Positions 18,362-30,974 are shown, numbered from the stretch's first letter. The stretch: 57,797 bases of DNA from Minisyncoccia bacterium (GCA_041737125.1 JBGSSJ010000015.1:1-57797), one strand, 5' to 3'. Translations and numbers: made by a program. The notes: a model not told the origin generated them from the letters alone.

Positions 18362-19630
18362 TTATTTACGTAATAAGATAATAACATCAGAGACATTACT
18401 ACCTGTTTCGCCAGTTATAATTTGTTCATTAATTTCTGTAAAAAACTCATCAATAGTATTATCTTCAATATTTTTTTCTATTGATAAATTCTTATCATTA
18501 ATTTTGCCTTGTGTAATTTTATCTGCGAGTGCGCCAGCAGATATAGATAGATTATCTATTCCATCAGAAGCAAAGGAGCAGAATATGTCGTTATCTTTTA
18601 TTTTATTTAAAGATTTAATAGTTGCGTGTTGGCATCTACCCGTAATACCACGAGGACCCTTTACTATGACTGAGGGTTCTCCTGCCCCTATAACTACGGA
18701 GTGCGGTTCTGCTTTCTCTAAAAAATTATCTATTATAGTATCAACGTCTTGGTATAAATCCGCACCCACATCGATAACTTTATAACCAATTTCTTCGGCC
18801 TTCGTTCTCATACCTATGAGTGCATGACTGTTTGTTACTAGTGGTATGTTGTGTACTTTTTCGAAATACTTATCTTCTTTAGGTGTTTCATTTAGTATCA
18901 AATCAGCAGATAATTTATATTTGTATAGTATATCAATTACTTCTTCAACTGTTGATGTATCTTTGTACGTAGGACCGGACGCGACTTCTGCAAACTTATC
19001 TCCTGGAACATCACAGAATATGAGTGATGCTACTGTTGCTGGATATAGAAGCTTTGCTAAACCCCCACCCTTTAATTGAGAAAGGTGCTTTCGGATAGTA
19101 TTTAATTCGGAAATATCACCACCAGATTGTAAGAATTCATCAAAGAGTGTAATTCCTTGTTTATACTCTAATTCGGGATAGCATAACATTGAAGAACCAC
19201 CACCTGATACGATAACAATAGCAAGATCCTTAGCATCTAGCTTTTTAGCTAAAGTTGCTAATTCTTCGGAAGGCTTAATATTATCTACGGAAGGACGAGG
19301 ATGGGTACAAACGAATTGCTTCACATATTTACATTCACCCAACTTTTTATCCATTACTATACCCCCTGTGATTTTATCACCCAATATACTCTCTACTGCA
19401 TTTACTGCTACAGATGAAGCTTTACCGAAACCTATAAGATATATGTGATCATAGTTATCTAAATTAAAAACCTGATTCTTGATAGTTAGTATATTATCTT
19501 TAAATTTTAAATTATCATTAATTATTTTATTAGTATCTATGGCTTCATAGCCCGCTTCTATAATATTTAAGATATGGGTGCGTTCATCTGTTACAGCTAG
19601 TTGGTCGAAATTTTTAATATATTTTTTCAT
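18362..19630 (-). CDS. Glycerate 2-kinase (DUF4147/MOFRL family)
   Basis: GFGKA, SGGGSS, ELNTIRKHLSQLKGG, ASGPT, TGSNVSD. Confidence 0.88.
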   Translation of the reverse strand: MKKYIKNFDQLAVTDERTHILNIIEAGYEAIDTNKIINDNLKFKDNILTIKNQVFNLDNYDHIYLIGFGKASSVAVNAVESILGDKITGGIVMDKKLGECKYVKQFVCTHPRPSVDNIKPSEELATLAKKLDAKDLAIVIVSGGGSSMLCYPELEYKQGITLFDEFLQSGGDISELNTIRKHLSQLKGGGLAKLLYPATVASLIFCDVPGDKFAEVASGPTYKDTSTVEEVIDILYKYKLSADLILNETPKEDKYFEKVHNIPLVTNSHALIGMRTKAEEIGYKVIDVGADLYQDVDTIIDNFLEKAEPHSVVIGAGEPSVIVKGPRGITGRCQHATIKSLNKIKDNDIFCSFASDGIDNLSISAGALADKITQGKINDKNLSIEKNIEDNTIDEFFTEINEQIITGETGSNVSDVIILLRK

Positions 19631-19699
19631 TTATGCTTACATTATATACCTCTAAAAGTGATATTTCAATCTTTAAATATTTTGCTATAATACATATAT

Positions 19700-19861
19700 A
19701 TGGATGAAGAACTAGAACAAGAAGAAAAGACCAAAGAACCAATATGTGCAAGATGTGGGCTACGCTCTTATGATACTATGTGTGCAAATTGTGGTACTCC
19801 AATTGTAGATAAAACAGATGATGAAGATGAAGAGTACGATTGGCGAGAAAAGAAGCGCTAA
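19700..19861 (+). CDS. 53-aa acidic zinc-ribbon microprotein
   Basis: MDEELEQEEKTKEPICARCG...CANCGTPIV...; two CxxC; TGcTATAAT upstream; not in ORF track. Confidence 0.7.
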   Translation: MDEELEQEEKTKEPICARCGLRSYDTMCANCGTPIVDKTDDEDEEYDWREKKR

Positions 19862-19867
19862 TTACTG

Positions 19868-20434
19868 CTAACTGAAAATCTCATCTATAAGTGCCTCTAA
19901 ACCTACTCTTTTTTTGGAAGAGAAAGGGACTAATACATGTGTCCCTATTAGAGCATTTATCTCACCTATTTTTTTATGGTATTCCTTTTGGGTCATCTTA
20001 TCTATTTTGCTTGCTACTATGATGAAGTTCTTATGATGCTTTTTTAATTCCTTAAACATAGTTATGTCCCTATCTGTCATACCTACATTCGCATCGATAA
20101 TAAGAACTACTTTTGCTTGGTTATAAATTGAATTAAATAAATAGGAATCTATGAGTTCACCTATCTTCTCGCGTCCACTACCCGACGCACGAGCAAAACC
20201 ATAACCTGGTAAATCTACCAGGTAATGTGAATCATTTATAAGAAAGATGTTTATTTCTTGGGTACTCCCCGGGTAGGAACTAGTCCGAGAAATTTTACTA
20301 TTTGTAATAGTATTTATAAGACTAGATTTACCCACATTAGATCGGCCTATAAAAGCGATTTGAGGGATACCATCTCCTAGTATAGGATCATCCCCGACTA
20401 CTCCTTTTATGAATTTAGAGGATGTAATTTTCAT
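19868..20434 (-). CDS. engB: Ribosome biogenesis GTPase YsxC/EngB
   Basis: GRSNVGKSSLIN, DLPGYG, KIDK. Confidence 0.93.
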   Translation of the reverse strand: MKITSSKFIKGVVGDDPILGDGIPQIAFIGRSNVGKSSLINTITNSKISRTSSYPGSTQEINIFLINDSHYLVDLPGYGFARASGSGREKIGELIDSYLFNSIYNQAKVVLIIDANVGMTDRDITMFKELKKHHKNFIIVASKIDKMTQKEYHKKIGEINALIGTHVLVPFSSKKRVGLEALIDEIFS

Positions 20435-20443
20435 TTCTTCTTC

Positions 20444-20629
20444 TTATTTCATTGCTTCAGCGTCTACTTTAGACATGAATTTGAACATATTCCCTCCACA
20501 AACACTACACTGACCCTTTGCTGAGTATCTATTATTCTTCTCTTCTATCTTTGGGTCTTTCATTACTTGCATAGTAGGTTTATTCTTATCATCGCGACAC
20601 TTCATACATAATGCTTTAAGTTCAGCCAT
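20444..20629 (-). CDS. Small zinc-ribbon protein (DUF5679-like)
   Basis: ALCMKC...KGQCSVCG.NMFK. Confidence 0.75.
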   Translation of the reverse strand: MAELKALCMKCRDDKNKPTMQVMKDPKIEEKNNRYSAKGQCSVCGGNMFKFMSKVDAEAMK

Positions 20630-20694
20630 ATATTAATTCTAGTTATTATTACTAATAGCATAATTATACCATAAATTTTTAGATTAGGGGATTT

Positions 20695-22392
20695 TTAAAT
20701 AAAAAGCTTAGCTAGTCTTATATCTTCGAAAGTCAGTTTGTGACCCTGCTTTTCTAATATAGTTTTTATTGGAGATAACTTCCCTGCTTCATCTCCCTTT
20801 AATTTATTATTTACCTTTTTTACTAGGTCTATGTGAGCCTGCTTTGGTCTGATGTGAGTGATAATAGTCTCTGGGTACTCAGTAATAATCTGCTCTATGT
20901 GGTGAGTGATAGTGCCTTTCGTTAGATTACGCTCCTTTGCAATGCTCGCTATATTCTTCCCTTGTTCTAATAGTTCTTTGGTTATTTCTATTGTAGATAC
21001 TTTCTTGTTCTCTACAACCCTACTCTTCACCCCTTTTTTAATACTTCCACCCATGCGCATAATGAAATCAATTTCCATTTTGTCTTGTTCATTCTTGCTT
21101 AGTTTGCCGAAAAGCTTCTCGTGCTCGGAACTCTCTTTTCGTAAATCTTTATCAAATTCTAATACCTTGGGATCAACTCGAAGCGCTTCAGGATTAAAAC
21201 CTATTAATTTTATCCCCTTAAGTGTTCGTACTCGTGATAATGCTACGTAGCCCATACCATAAGCAAAAGTACGAGATAGATCCATCTCGGCATTATCAAG
21301 AGACATTCCTTGGCTCTTGTGTATTGTTATAGCCCATGCAAGGCGTATTGGGAGCTGACTTATGGAAGCTTTCACTCTACCGTCTTCTTCTATTGCCCAG
21401 GTGTCAGGCTTGGCATGAATGATCTTTCCATTATAAAGCTTGATAATAGGTGTGTTGTCTGTAGGTAAGAAATCAATAACTTTTCCACGAGTACCATTTA
21501 CATAGCCTTCTTCGAAGTTATTCTTGATGCACATTACCTCGGCTCCTATTTTCAGATAGAGTTCTTCGTGTGCGAGACAGCTCTTCTTCAGTATATCAAC
21601 TAGTGCATCTGGTCCTGTAGAAGTCATCTTGTACCTAATAGCTTCACTTTCAATTGCTTTAAGTTCTAGGCCATTCTCTGTGTCTACATTCATATTATGG
21701 GTGTAGAGTTTCGTCGGGCGGATACCTTCCCCTAGATTAGTATTCATACATTGTGAAAGCGTGTCGTAGTGTCCCTCATCTATAGAGTTATCGCGTATAG
21801 CATTTAATATATTGGTTAGCACTTCATCTTCTTGGCGATGTTGCTCGGTAAGATAGCATACTGCAGGGTTCATAATACGCCATGCTTCACTGTAGATGAC
21901 CATGTCTTTTATTTCCGTTTTCTCCCCATCTTCTTCATCTTGCTTAATATATTTAGAAATAGGAGGTAGTTGGAAGAAATCGCCTGAGAGAATAACTTGT
22001 AGGCCACCGAATGGTTTATCGCTCCTCTTGAATCTTCTACAAACACGCTCTACCATATCGAGCCTGTGTGCATGGAGCATGGATACTTCGTCTATAATAA
22101 GTACGCGTGCTTTATCAAAGCGCTTCCATAAGTACTGCTTCTCTTCTAGGAGCTCAATGTCATGCTCATCCATATGATCCTTTATGCCAATACCCGCCCA
22201 GCCATGAATAGTCATGCCGTTCATATGAGTAGCTGCTATACCAGTAGATGCAGTAATAGCCACGGGGATATCGTGATCCTTCAGATAAGATATATATTGA
22301 TTGAGTAGATATGTTTTGCCACTTCCAGCAGAGCCTGTGAGATAAATATTTACTCCAGTTTTCATTATGGCAAGTGCTTGCTCTTGAGTCAT
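20695..22392 (-). CDS. PIF1-family DNA helicase with C-terminal HTH
   Basis: TGSAGSGKT, IDEVSM, GDFFQLPP, AWAITIHKSQG, YVALSR; IAKERNL..TITHH HTH. Confidence 0.92.
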   Translation of the reverse strand: MTQEQALAIMKTGVNIYLTGSAGSGKTYLLNQYISYLKDHDIPVAITASTGIAATHMNGMTIHGWAGIGIKDHMDEHDIELLEEKQYLWKRFDKARVLIIDEVSMLHAHRLDMVERVCRRFKRSDKPFGGLQVILSGDFFQLPPISKYIKQDEEDGEKTEIKDMVIYSEAWRIMNPAVCYLTEQHRQEDEVLTNILNAIRDNSIDEGHYDTLSQCMNTNLGEGIRPTKLYTHNMNVDTENGLELKAIESEAIRYKMTSTGPDALVDILKKSCLAHEELYLKIGAEVMCIKNNFEEGYVNGTRGKVIDFLPTDNTPIIKLYNGKIIHAKPDTWAIEEDGRVKASISQLPIRLAWAITIHKSQGMSLDNAEMDLSRTFAYGMGYVALSRVRTLKGIKLIGFNPEALRVDPKVLEFDKDLRKESSEHEKLFGKLSKNEQDKMEIDFIMRMGGSIKKGVKSRVVENKKVSTIEITKELLEQGKNIASIAKERNLTKGTITHHIEQIITEYPETIITHIRPKQAHIDLVKKVNNKLKGDEAGKLSPIKTILEKQGHKLTFEDIRLAKLFI

Positions 22393-22407
22393 AGAACTAT
22401 TATAGCA

Positions 22408-22983
22408 TTAGTATTTTCGAATGACGGCTTTTACTACAGCGGTAATGGTTAGGTATGTTGTCGGGTGTATATTATGGAAATCTTTGTTGGCAGGCTCGAG
22501 CCATACTTTCTCGCCCTCTTTACGGAAGTATTTCATGGTGAACTCTCCATCTACATCGGCGATAACTATCTGTCCGTCTTTTGCTGTATTCGTCTTTTCC
22601 ACTAGGACCATGTCACCATCTGCTATGTAGGCGCCTATCATAGAGTCGCCATCAACTTCAAGCATATAAGTATTGCTCTTCTTCGTAACTAAGTACTCAT
22701 CAAGGTTCACTGTGTCGCGAGATTCTTCACTTACATCAGCTGGAAATCCTGCCTTTACAGATCCTAGGAGTGGGATACTATTGAATGAATCACTTGCTAT
22801 AAGTCGGCCTAAGTGATCCTTGGCAACTAGACCAGCATCTATGAATTTATCTACAAGACGAGCGACAGCATTCTTCGACTTGAAGCCGAAAAGCTTCATC
22901 ATCTCAGTGTATGTGGGCATGCGCTTCTCGCGAGAATAGAAAGATTGTAATTTGTTTTTGTATTCTGTAGAATTTCTTTCCAT
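22408..22983 (-). CDS. lexA: LexA repressor
   Basis: N-terminal wHTH; AG cleavage site (VKAGFP); catalytic Ser (GDSM) and Lys (FTMK). Confidence 0.88.
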   Translation of the reverse strand: MERNSTEYKNKLQSFYSREKRMPTYTEMMKLFGFKSKNAVARLVDKFIDAGLVAKDHLGRLIASDSFNSIPLLGSVKAGFPADVSEESRDTVNLDEYLVTKKSNTYMLEVDGDSMIGAYIADGDMVLVEKTNTAKDGQIVIADVDGEFTMKYFRKEGEKVWLEPANKDFHNIHPTTYLTITAVVKAVIRKY

Positions 22984-22986
22984 ATA

Positions 22987-23193
22987 TTAAAAGAATGTTA
23001 AGAATTGTGGCACTGCCATAGAGAACTTACTGAAGAAGCTTTTGCGTGAGTGCTGGATCATTTTCTTCTGAAGGAGTTTGTGTTCGCGTGCCTCCTTCTT
23101 ATACTCTATGCCTTGGAGTATCTTCATGTCTATTCTTTTGCTTAGATTGTGTAATTCCCTTTCTATTATTTTTACGTATTGTTCTCTGTTCAT
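22987..23193 (-). CDS. Hypothetical protein, first gene of lexA operon
   Basis: 68 aa ORF ending 3 nt before lexA. Confidence 0.7.
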   Translation of the reverse strand: MNREQYVKIIERELHNLSKRIDMKILQGIEYKKEAREHKLLQKKMIQHSRKSFFSKFSMAVPQFLTFF

Positions 23194-23243
23194 ATATTTA
23201 TTATGTATTTTTGATTAATTATATATTAATCGACTATACGTAT

Positions 23244-23272
23244 AGTATATGTGAACGCTCGTTCACAGTCAA
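23244..23272 (-). promoter_or_regulatory. lexA operon promoter containing an SOS (Cheo-type) box
   Basis: TTGACT-17 nt-TATACT on minus; GTGAAC-gctc-GTTCAC (23251-23266) fills the spacer. Confidence 0.8.
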
Positions 23273-23291
23273 GAGAAAACTGTGGATAACT

Positions 23292-24038
23292 CTATATTTT
23301 GTTTTTTGCTATCCCCTCAAGTGCTCTTAGGGCTTCTATTGGTATCATGTAGACAACAGTATTTGATTGATCTGAAGACATGTCATTTATGGACTGAAGA
23401 GTGCGTAGGTGAAGAGCTCCAGGGGTTGCAGAGAGCATTGCGGCGGCTTGTGCAATATTCTGAGATGCAGCAAGCTCACCTTCTGAGTTGATGATGACTG
23501 CCCTCTTCTCCCTTTCGGCTTCAGCCTGCTTACCTATTGTTCTTTCCATTTCAGGTGGAAGACTAACATCTTTTAATTCAACATTGTTCACTTTGAGTCC
23601 CCAAGCATCAGTTTCTAGGTCGACTATCTCTCTAATTCTATCTGCAATTTTATCGCGACTTGAAAGTAATTCATCAAGAGTGACTTCACCTACGATGTTT
23701 CGCATTGTAGTTTGTGCGTATTGAGATATGGCGTATTTAAAATCCTCTACTTCAATTATGGCTTTCGGAGCATCACTAACTTTGTAATAGATAACTGCAT
23801 TTACTCGGACTGATACATTGTCACGAGTTATTGCATTTTGGTCAGGCACATCTACAGCTTTTACTCTGATATCTACTCTTTGGTAACCTTGAATGACGGG
23901 GAGTACTAGCCTCCAACCCGGCTCCATTACTGAAGAGAATTTACCAAAAGTAAACCGAATACCCTTTTCGTATTGATTAATCTGACGGATACTTATTAAA
24001 ATAATGAAAACAATAATACCCAAGATAATTAAAAACAT
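23292..24038 (-). CDS. SPFH/band-7 (slipin) membrane protein
   Basis: ITRDNVSV, QTTMR, WGLKV..VELKD, KQAEAERE. Confidence 0.93.
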   Translation of the reverse strand: MFLIILGIIVFIILISIRQINQYEKGIRFTFGKFSSVMEPGWRLVLPVIQGYQRVDIRVKAVDVPDQNAITRDNVSVRVNAVIYYKVSDAPKAIIEVEDFKYAISQYAQTTMRNIVGEVTLDELLSSRDKIADRIREIVDLETDAWGLKVNNVELKDVSLPPEMERTIGKQAEAEREKRAVIINSEGELAASQNIAQAAAMLSATPGALHLRTLQSINDMSSDQSNTVVYMIPIEALRALEGIAKNKI

Positions 24039-24296
24039 ATAGTTTAATTTGTTAGCTTATTAATATTTTTATTATAACATTACTTTTAAAATTGGCATAA
24101 AAAAAGCCCCCAAATGAATGGCGGTTTTCTTTATGAGACTCACAAGTGCTATCAATATTGCTATTGAAGATAATCCATTACTGTCATATCCATCATACTT
24201 ACGAGACTCATTACATATATTACTCTTATTCTAGATTTTAGATAGTGAGTTATCCACAGTTCTATTCTATAAAACAATTACTATATTCTGTCAAAC

Positions 24297-25253
24297 TTAC
24301 TTTAGTACTAGGTTTTTCTTTAAATTTTTCTTAAGTTGGTAGAATTTCCACTTGATAATGCACCAAGTATTACAATAAGCCTCGCCGTATGGTGGATGAT
24401 CTTCTGCATTTGTTTTGAGGCAACTCTCACAGCAGATGAAGTGATCATGACACATAAGGTTCGCACAGTTTACATAGTGCTCGCTTGGAGTATTACATTT
24501 ACTACACTTCCCTATTACTTCATGATTAGTAGGATCATCGAAGTTCATAACTATACGCTTGTCGAATACATAGAGTGAACCTTTGAAATCTTGGCCGGGG
24601 TACTTCTCCATATAGCTTACTATTCCCCCATCGAGTTGGTATACATCTTTGAACCCTTCGCGGACAAGTAGGCCGGAAGCCTTCTCGCAACGGACTCCAC
24701 CAGTGCATACTGTGAGCACTGTCGTATCTTTCAGATCCTCGATCTTTTTTAGATTCTGTTTTAAGTCGCGGAAATTATTCAAATCTGGGAATACTGTACC
24801 TTCGAATTTACCCACACGAAGCTCGTAGTCATTACGCATGTCCACGATGTGGAACTTTCTCCCTTCTTCATACCATTTGTGCAAATCCTCTGGCTTCAAA
24901 TGTACGCCTGTAATTTGGTTCGGGTCGATATCAGCTTCATCACCTAGATGAAGAGACACGATCTCTTTACGGACTTTCACAGAAAGCCTAGGGAATGCTG
25001 TGCCGTCTTCTGTGCCATTACTTACCTTCCAGTGTATATCGGCAAAGCGACTATCGGCCTTCATATAGTCCATATATTCGTTACAAGCCTCATCTCGGCC
25101 CTCGAAAGTGCCATTGATACCCTCATGGGCTATAATCATACGGCCTTTCATACTAAGCCTCTTACATAGGTCAAATTGAGCATCTCGAAGTGCTTTCGGA
25201 TTGTCTATATGGGCGTATTTGTAGAATAGTATTATTTTGTACTTATCGGTCAT
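24297..25253 (-). CDS. trhO: UPF0176 rhodanese-domain tRNA U34 hydroxylase-like protein
   Basis: EGINGT, DMRNDYE..GKF, CTGGVRCEKAS, GSLYVFDKR. Confidence 0.88.
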   Translation of the reverse strand: MTDKYKIILFYKYAHIDNPKALRDAQFDLCKRLSMKGRMIIAHEGINGTFEGRDEACNEYMDYMKADSRFADIHWKVSNGTEDGTAFPRLSVKVRKEIVSLHLGDEADIDPNQITGVHLKPEDLHKWYEEGRKFHIVDMRNDYELRVGKFEGTVFPDLNNFRDLKQNLKKIEDLKDTTVLTVCTGGVRCEKASGLLVREGFKDVYQLDGGIVSYMEKYPGQDFKGSLYVFDKRIVMNFDDPTNHEVIGKCSKCNTPSEHYVNCANLMCHDHFICCESCLKTNAEDHPPYGEAYCNTWCIIKWKFYQLKKNLKKNLVLK

Positions 25254-25355
25254 ATTTATAAATATACATTTTTAATAAGAAAATGACAATTTCCTTGACT
25301 TGTATTGTGGATAGGTATATAAAAAAGATAAATCTAATTCATAAAATCTAATTTT

Positions 25356-25781
25356 ATGAACATCCAAAAAATAAAAGAAAGGGTGGCATCAAATATCTCG
25401 GTGTTCCTTGCTCTAGTTGAGGTAATTTTTTACTTTACTACAGCACTGCTTATTATTTTCCTTAAAAAGAATCAAAAAATAATAATAAGCTGGATAAAGG
25501 GGACATTGATATTTCTTGTCTTACTTATGGTGATTCCATACATCATCATGAGTACACTCCTTGATAACCACATTTACTTCAGAGTAGTTTTCCTTGTAGT
25601 ATATGGATCTCTCATGGCATTTATATCAGCATTGCGGATTGTCCCCAATATGATCGAGATGTCAAAAGAGATTTCGAGCAAAGATTTTCCACTAACATAT
25701 GATAATGAGCTCTGGGCAACCACAGCAATATCTATGATTAGTGCGTTAATTCTAAGTGTGTTTATCTTAGCTGTATGGTAA
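25356..25781 (+). CDS. Orphan four-TM membrane protein
   Basis: Hydrophobic 141 aa ORF opposite to its neighbours; hairpin plus T-run at 25780-25816. Confidence 0.65.
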   Translation: MNIQKIKERVASNISVFLALVEVIFYFTTALLIIFLKKNQKIIISWIKGTLIFLVLLMVIPYIIMSTLLDNHIYFRVVFLVVYGSLMAFISALRIVPNMIEMSKEISSKDFPLTYDNELWATTAISMISALILSVFILAVW

Positions 25782-25814
25782 CGCCCGTCTTGTTGTAATA
25801 ACAAACGGCGTTTT

Positions 25815-26258
25815 TTAGCGTCTGTATTTCTTCTTCCTCCACTTATCCGCAATCTTCACACGAGTAAGTGAGCGCTCGAGTTCTGCTTCGAAGTACTCGA
25901 AGTCAACTACGCCCTTATTGTCCGCTAGGTGCTTGAGTTCTTTCGCTTTCGTTTCTGCTTCCGCTATAGCTTGATCTGTTATGTCTTTGATGTGTTCAGC
26001 AAAGTCGGCCAGGATTGCAACTTCTGTTTTGTTATCTACTTTATTCACTTCTATGAATCCACCTGCTACAGCCATCGGCACAAACTCACCTTTTGATAAG
26101 GCTACAATGTCGCCAGAGGATAGACTTGCAATTAGCGGTATATGATCCGGTAGGATAGTAAGCTCACCTTCCGTAGTAGGAATAGTAACTTGGTCAACTT
26201 CTTCTTCAAGTATGAGCTTCTCTGGTGTGACTATTTTAAGTTTTAATTGTTTACTCAT
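25815..26258 (-). CDS. atpC: ATP synthase epsilon
   Basis: LKIVTPEK, GELTILPDHIPL, GGFIEV. Confidence 0.93.
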   Translation of the reverse strand: MSKQLKLKIVTPEKLILEEEVDQVTIPTTEGELTILPDHIPLIASLSSGDIVALSKGEFVPMAVAGGFIEVNKVDNKTEVAILADFAEHIKDITDQAIAEAETKAKELKHLADNKGVVDFEYFEAELERSLTRVKIADKWRKKKYRR

Positions 26259-26286
26259 TCGTAATTCTTAATTCGTAATTAGTAAT
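26259..26286. repeat. 4x heptamer tandem repeat
   Basis: tcgtaat tcttaat tcgtaat tagtaat fills most of the atpD-atpC spacer. Confidence 0.75.
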
Positions 26287-26289
26287 TTT

Positions 26290-28607
<2,318 letters not shown>

Positions 28608-28616
28608 AAAATTAAT

Positions 28617-29042
28617 TTATTTTTTTACTATTTTATCATGTATTAAGTTAGAAATTAATATAACTCCACCTATTATTAAAATACAAAATACTAAAGTTAT
28701 TACGAAAAAATCTTTTGCATCTTCTATTTTTCCTTCAACAAAGCTTGATAAGGTCAAAGCAATAAATATACCAGGTACAGGTAAACTAAAAATACTCATT
28801 ATTAAAGTAAAAGTAGCAATTATACTTTTTTTTATTTTAATAATTTTTTTACTTTTATTTATACCCCAAATCGATATTATTAAACCAGGAAACCAAAATA
28901 ATCCAAATCCAATCATAATATCTAATCTCCACCCCCCTCTAATATTTTTCATAACAAAAAAATACATTACAATTTCTAAAAATAAAATTATAAAAAGCAT
29001 TAATGTATCTTTTTTATTTGTTTGTTCCTGTACGTATTCCAT
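28617..29042 (-). CDS. Hypothetical membrane protein inserted between atpA and atpG
   Basis: Very AT-rich, about 4 TM helices, co-oriented and tightly spaced. Confidence 0.7.
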   Translation of the reverse strand: MEYVQEQTNKKDTLMLFIILFLEIVMYFFVMKNIRGGWRLDIMIGFGLFWFPGLIISIWGINKSKKIIKIKKSIIATFTLIMSIFSLPVPGIFIALTLSSFVEGKIEDAKDFFVITLVFCILIIGGVILISNLIHDKIVKK

Positions 29043-29044
29043 AT

Positions 29045-30547
29045 TTATTTCACAAACTCCTTTACAAACTCTTCCATTGCTTGTTTGAGTGTTGCTTCGC
29101 TCTCATCTGTCCACATTTTCTTCTCCATGACATCTTTGTAGAAATCTTCTGCATGTTGCTCTGTGTAGTCACCAAGCTCTATTTCGAATTGCTTCACTTT
29201 ATCTACTGGCACAGTGTCCATATAGCCTTTTGTAAGTGCATATAGAGTGACTATCTGGCGAATGGTATTTACTGGAGAGTATTGAGGTTGCTTCAGCACT
29301 TCCACTGCACGTTTACCACGTTCAAGCTGGCGCTTTGTAGCGTCATCTAGATCTGAGCCGAATTGAGAGAAAGCTTCAAGTTCACGGAACTGCGCAAGGT
29401 CAAGCTTCAGTGTTCCTGCGACTTTCTTCATGGCCTTTATCTGAGCACTACCTCCCACACGTGATACAGAGTTACCGACGTTCACAGCTGGGCGAATACC
29501 TTTGTAGAATAGATCCGTTTCAAGGAATATCTGTCCGTCTGTAATAGAGATGACGTTTGTCGGAATATATGCAGAGATGTCTCCACCTTGTGTCTCGATA
29601 ATAGGGAGAGCTGTGATAGATCCACCACCGTAATCTTTATTCTTCCTACATGCACGCTCGAGTAAACGTGAGTGCAAGTAGAACACGTCACCTGGGTAAG
29701 CTTCACGGCCTGGAGGACGACGAAGTAGAAGTGAGATCTCGCGGTAAGCTACAGCGTGCTTGGATAAATCATCATAGATTATAAGTACGTCCTTACCTTG
29801 ATCCATGAAGTACTCAGCAATAGACACACCTGTATATGGAGCAATGTATGATAGAGCAGCAGCTTCTGAACTACCTGCAGATACGATGACTGTGTAATCC
29901 ATAGCGCCACCTTCCTCAAGCCTTGTTTGAAGTTTGCGAAGCTTGGAGTCTTTCTGACCGATAGATACATACACACAGATCATATTCTGGCCTTTCTGGT
30001 TCAATATTGCATCGATAGCAATAGCAGTCTTACCTGTCTGTCTGTCACCGATGATAAGCTCACGTTGTCCACGACCGATAGGAATGATGGCATCGATAGC
30101 TTTAATACCAGTCTGTACTGGCTGGTCCACACTCTGACGACTCATCACACCTGAAGCGACGCGCTCGATAGGATATAACTTTGTAGAAGCAACTTTACCC
30201 TTACCGTCGATAGGTTCACCGATAGCATTTAATACTCTACCGATTTGAGAATCACTTACTGGTACAGAAAGGATGTTCCCTGTTGCGCGAACTTCCTCGC
30301 CTTCTTTAATAGATGAGAATCCTCCAAGGATAATAACACCGACTGAATCTTCATCAAGGTTAAGTGCCACACCTGTTGCACCTGAAGCGAAAGTCACCAT
30401 TTCAGATGCTTTAAGATCAGAAAGTCCAGATACTTTTGCGATACCATCGAAAACTTCAAGCACATAACCAACTTTCTCAGCTTTCACTTCAATGCTGAAC
30501 TTCTCTATTTGTTTCTTTAATTTTTCTATAATGTCGTTTTTTATCAT
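29045..30547 (-). CDS. atpA: ATP synthase alpha
   Basis: [30 protein letters not shown]. Confidence 0.98.
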   Translation of the reverse strand: MIKNDIIEKLKKQIEKFSIEVKAEKVGYVLEVFDGIAKVSGLSDLKASEMVTFASGATGVALNLDEDSVGVIILGGFSSIKEGEEVRATGNILSVPVSDSQIGRVLNAIGEPIDGKGKVASTKLYPIERVASGVMSRQSVDQPVQTGIKAIDAIIPIGRGQRELIIGDRQTGKTAIAIDAILNQKGQNMICVYVSIGQKDSKLRKLQTRLEEGGAMDYTVIVSAGSSEAAALSYIAPYTGVSIAEYFMDQGKDVLIIYDDLSKHAVAYREISLLLRRPPGREAYPGDVFYLHSRLLERACRKNKDYGGGSITALPIIETQGGDISAYIPTNVISITDGQIFLETDLFYKGIRPAVNVGNSVSRVGGSAQIKAMKKVAGTLKLDLAQFRELEAFSQFGSDLDDATKRQLERGKRAVEVLKQPQYSPVNTIRQIVTLYALTKGYMDTVPVDKVKQFEIELGDYTEQHAEDFYKDVMEKKMWTDESEATLKQAMEEFVKEFVK

Positions 30548-30552
30548 ATAAT

Positions 30553-30963
30553 TTATGCTTGTGAATTTAAGTAATTCTCTAATTGATGTAATCGCTTCGC
30601 AATAGTCAGGTTGATAACTTCATCATTAACTTGTATCTTTATGCCACCAATATGATCCTTATTCTCGACTATTTCCATCTTGATGTCTTTGGCTTTATAT
30701 CTCTTTATCAAATGCTTCTTTAGTAAATCTACTGTTTCTTTGTCCAGGTGATGGGCCGTTTCTATGTGAGCTCGGATGATTCCCTCTTTCTCATCGATCA
30801 TCTTCTCTAAGTGCTGAAGTATTTCCGGCGACTTGCCTACCATTTTTTTCTCAGTTAGGAATTCGGCTGTAGTCTTAATGACTATATCGAGGTCTTTGCC
30901 TTCTCGTTCCTGCGAAGCTTCGAATATAGCTTGAGCAATTTTTTTGGTTGATAATTTGGTCAT
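30553..30963 (-). CDS. atpH: ATP synthase delta (short)
   Basis: Operon position; [16 protein letters not shown]. Confidence 0.85.
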   Translation of the reverse strand: MTKLSTKKIAQAIFEASQEREGKDLDIVIKTTAEFLTEKKMVGKSPEILQHLEKMIDEKEGIIRAHIETAHHLDKETVDLLKKHLIKRYKAKDIKMEIVENKDHIGGIKIQVNDEVINLTIAKRLHQLENYLNSQA

Positions 30964-30974
30964 AATAATATTAA

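Noticed and set aside
24161-24211. Met-rich mini-ORF MSLVSMMDMTVMDYLQ (minus) as an attenuator peptide
   Set aside because: No Met-related downstream gene and no independent support
23281-25314. Replication origin
   Set aside because: Only two perfect DnaA boxes about 1 kb apart, with no cluster and no dnaA/dnaN
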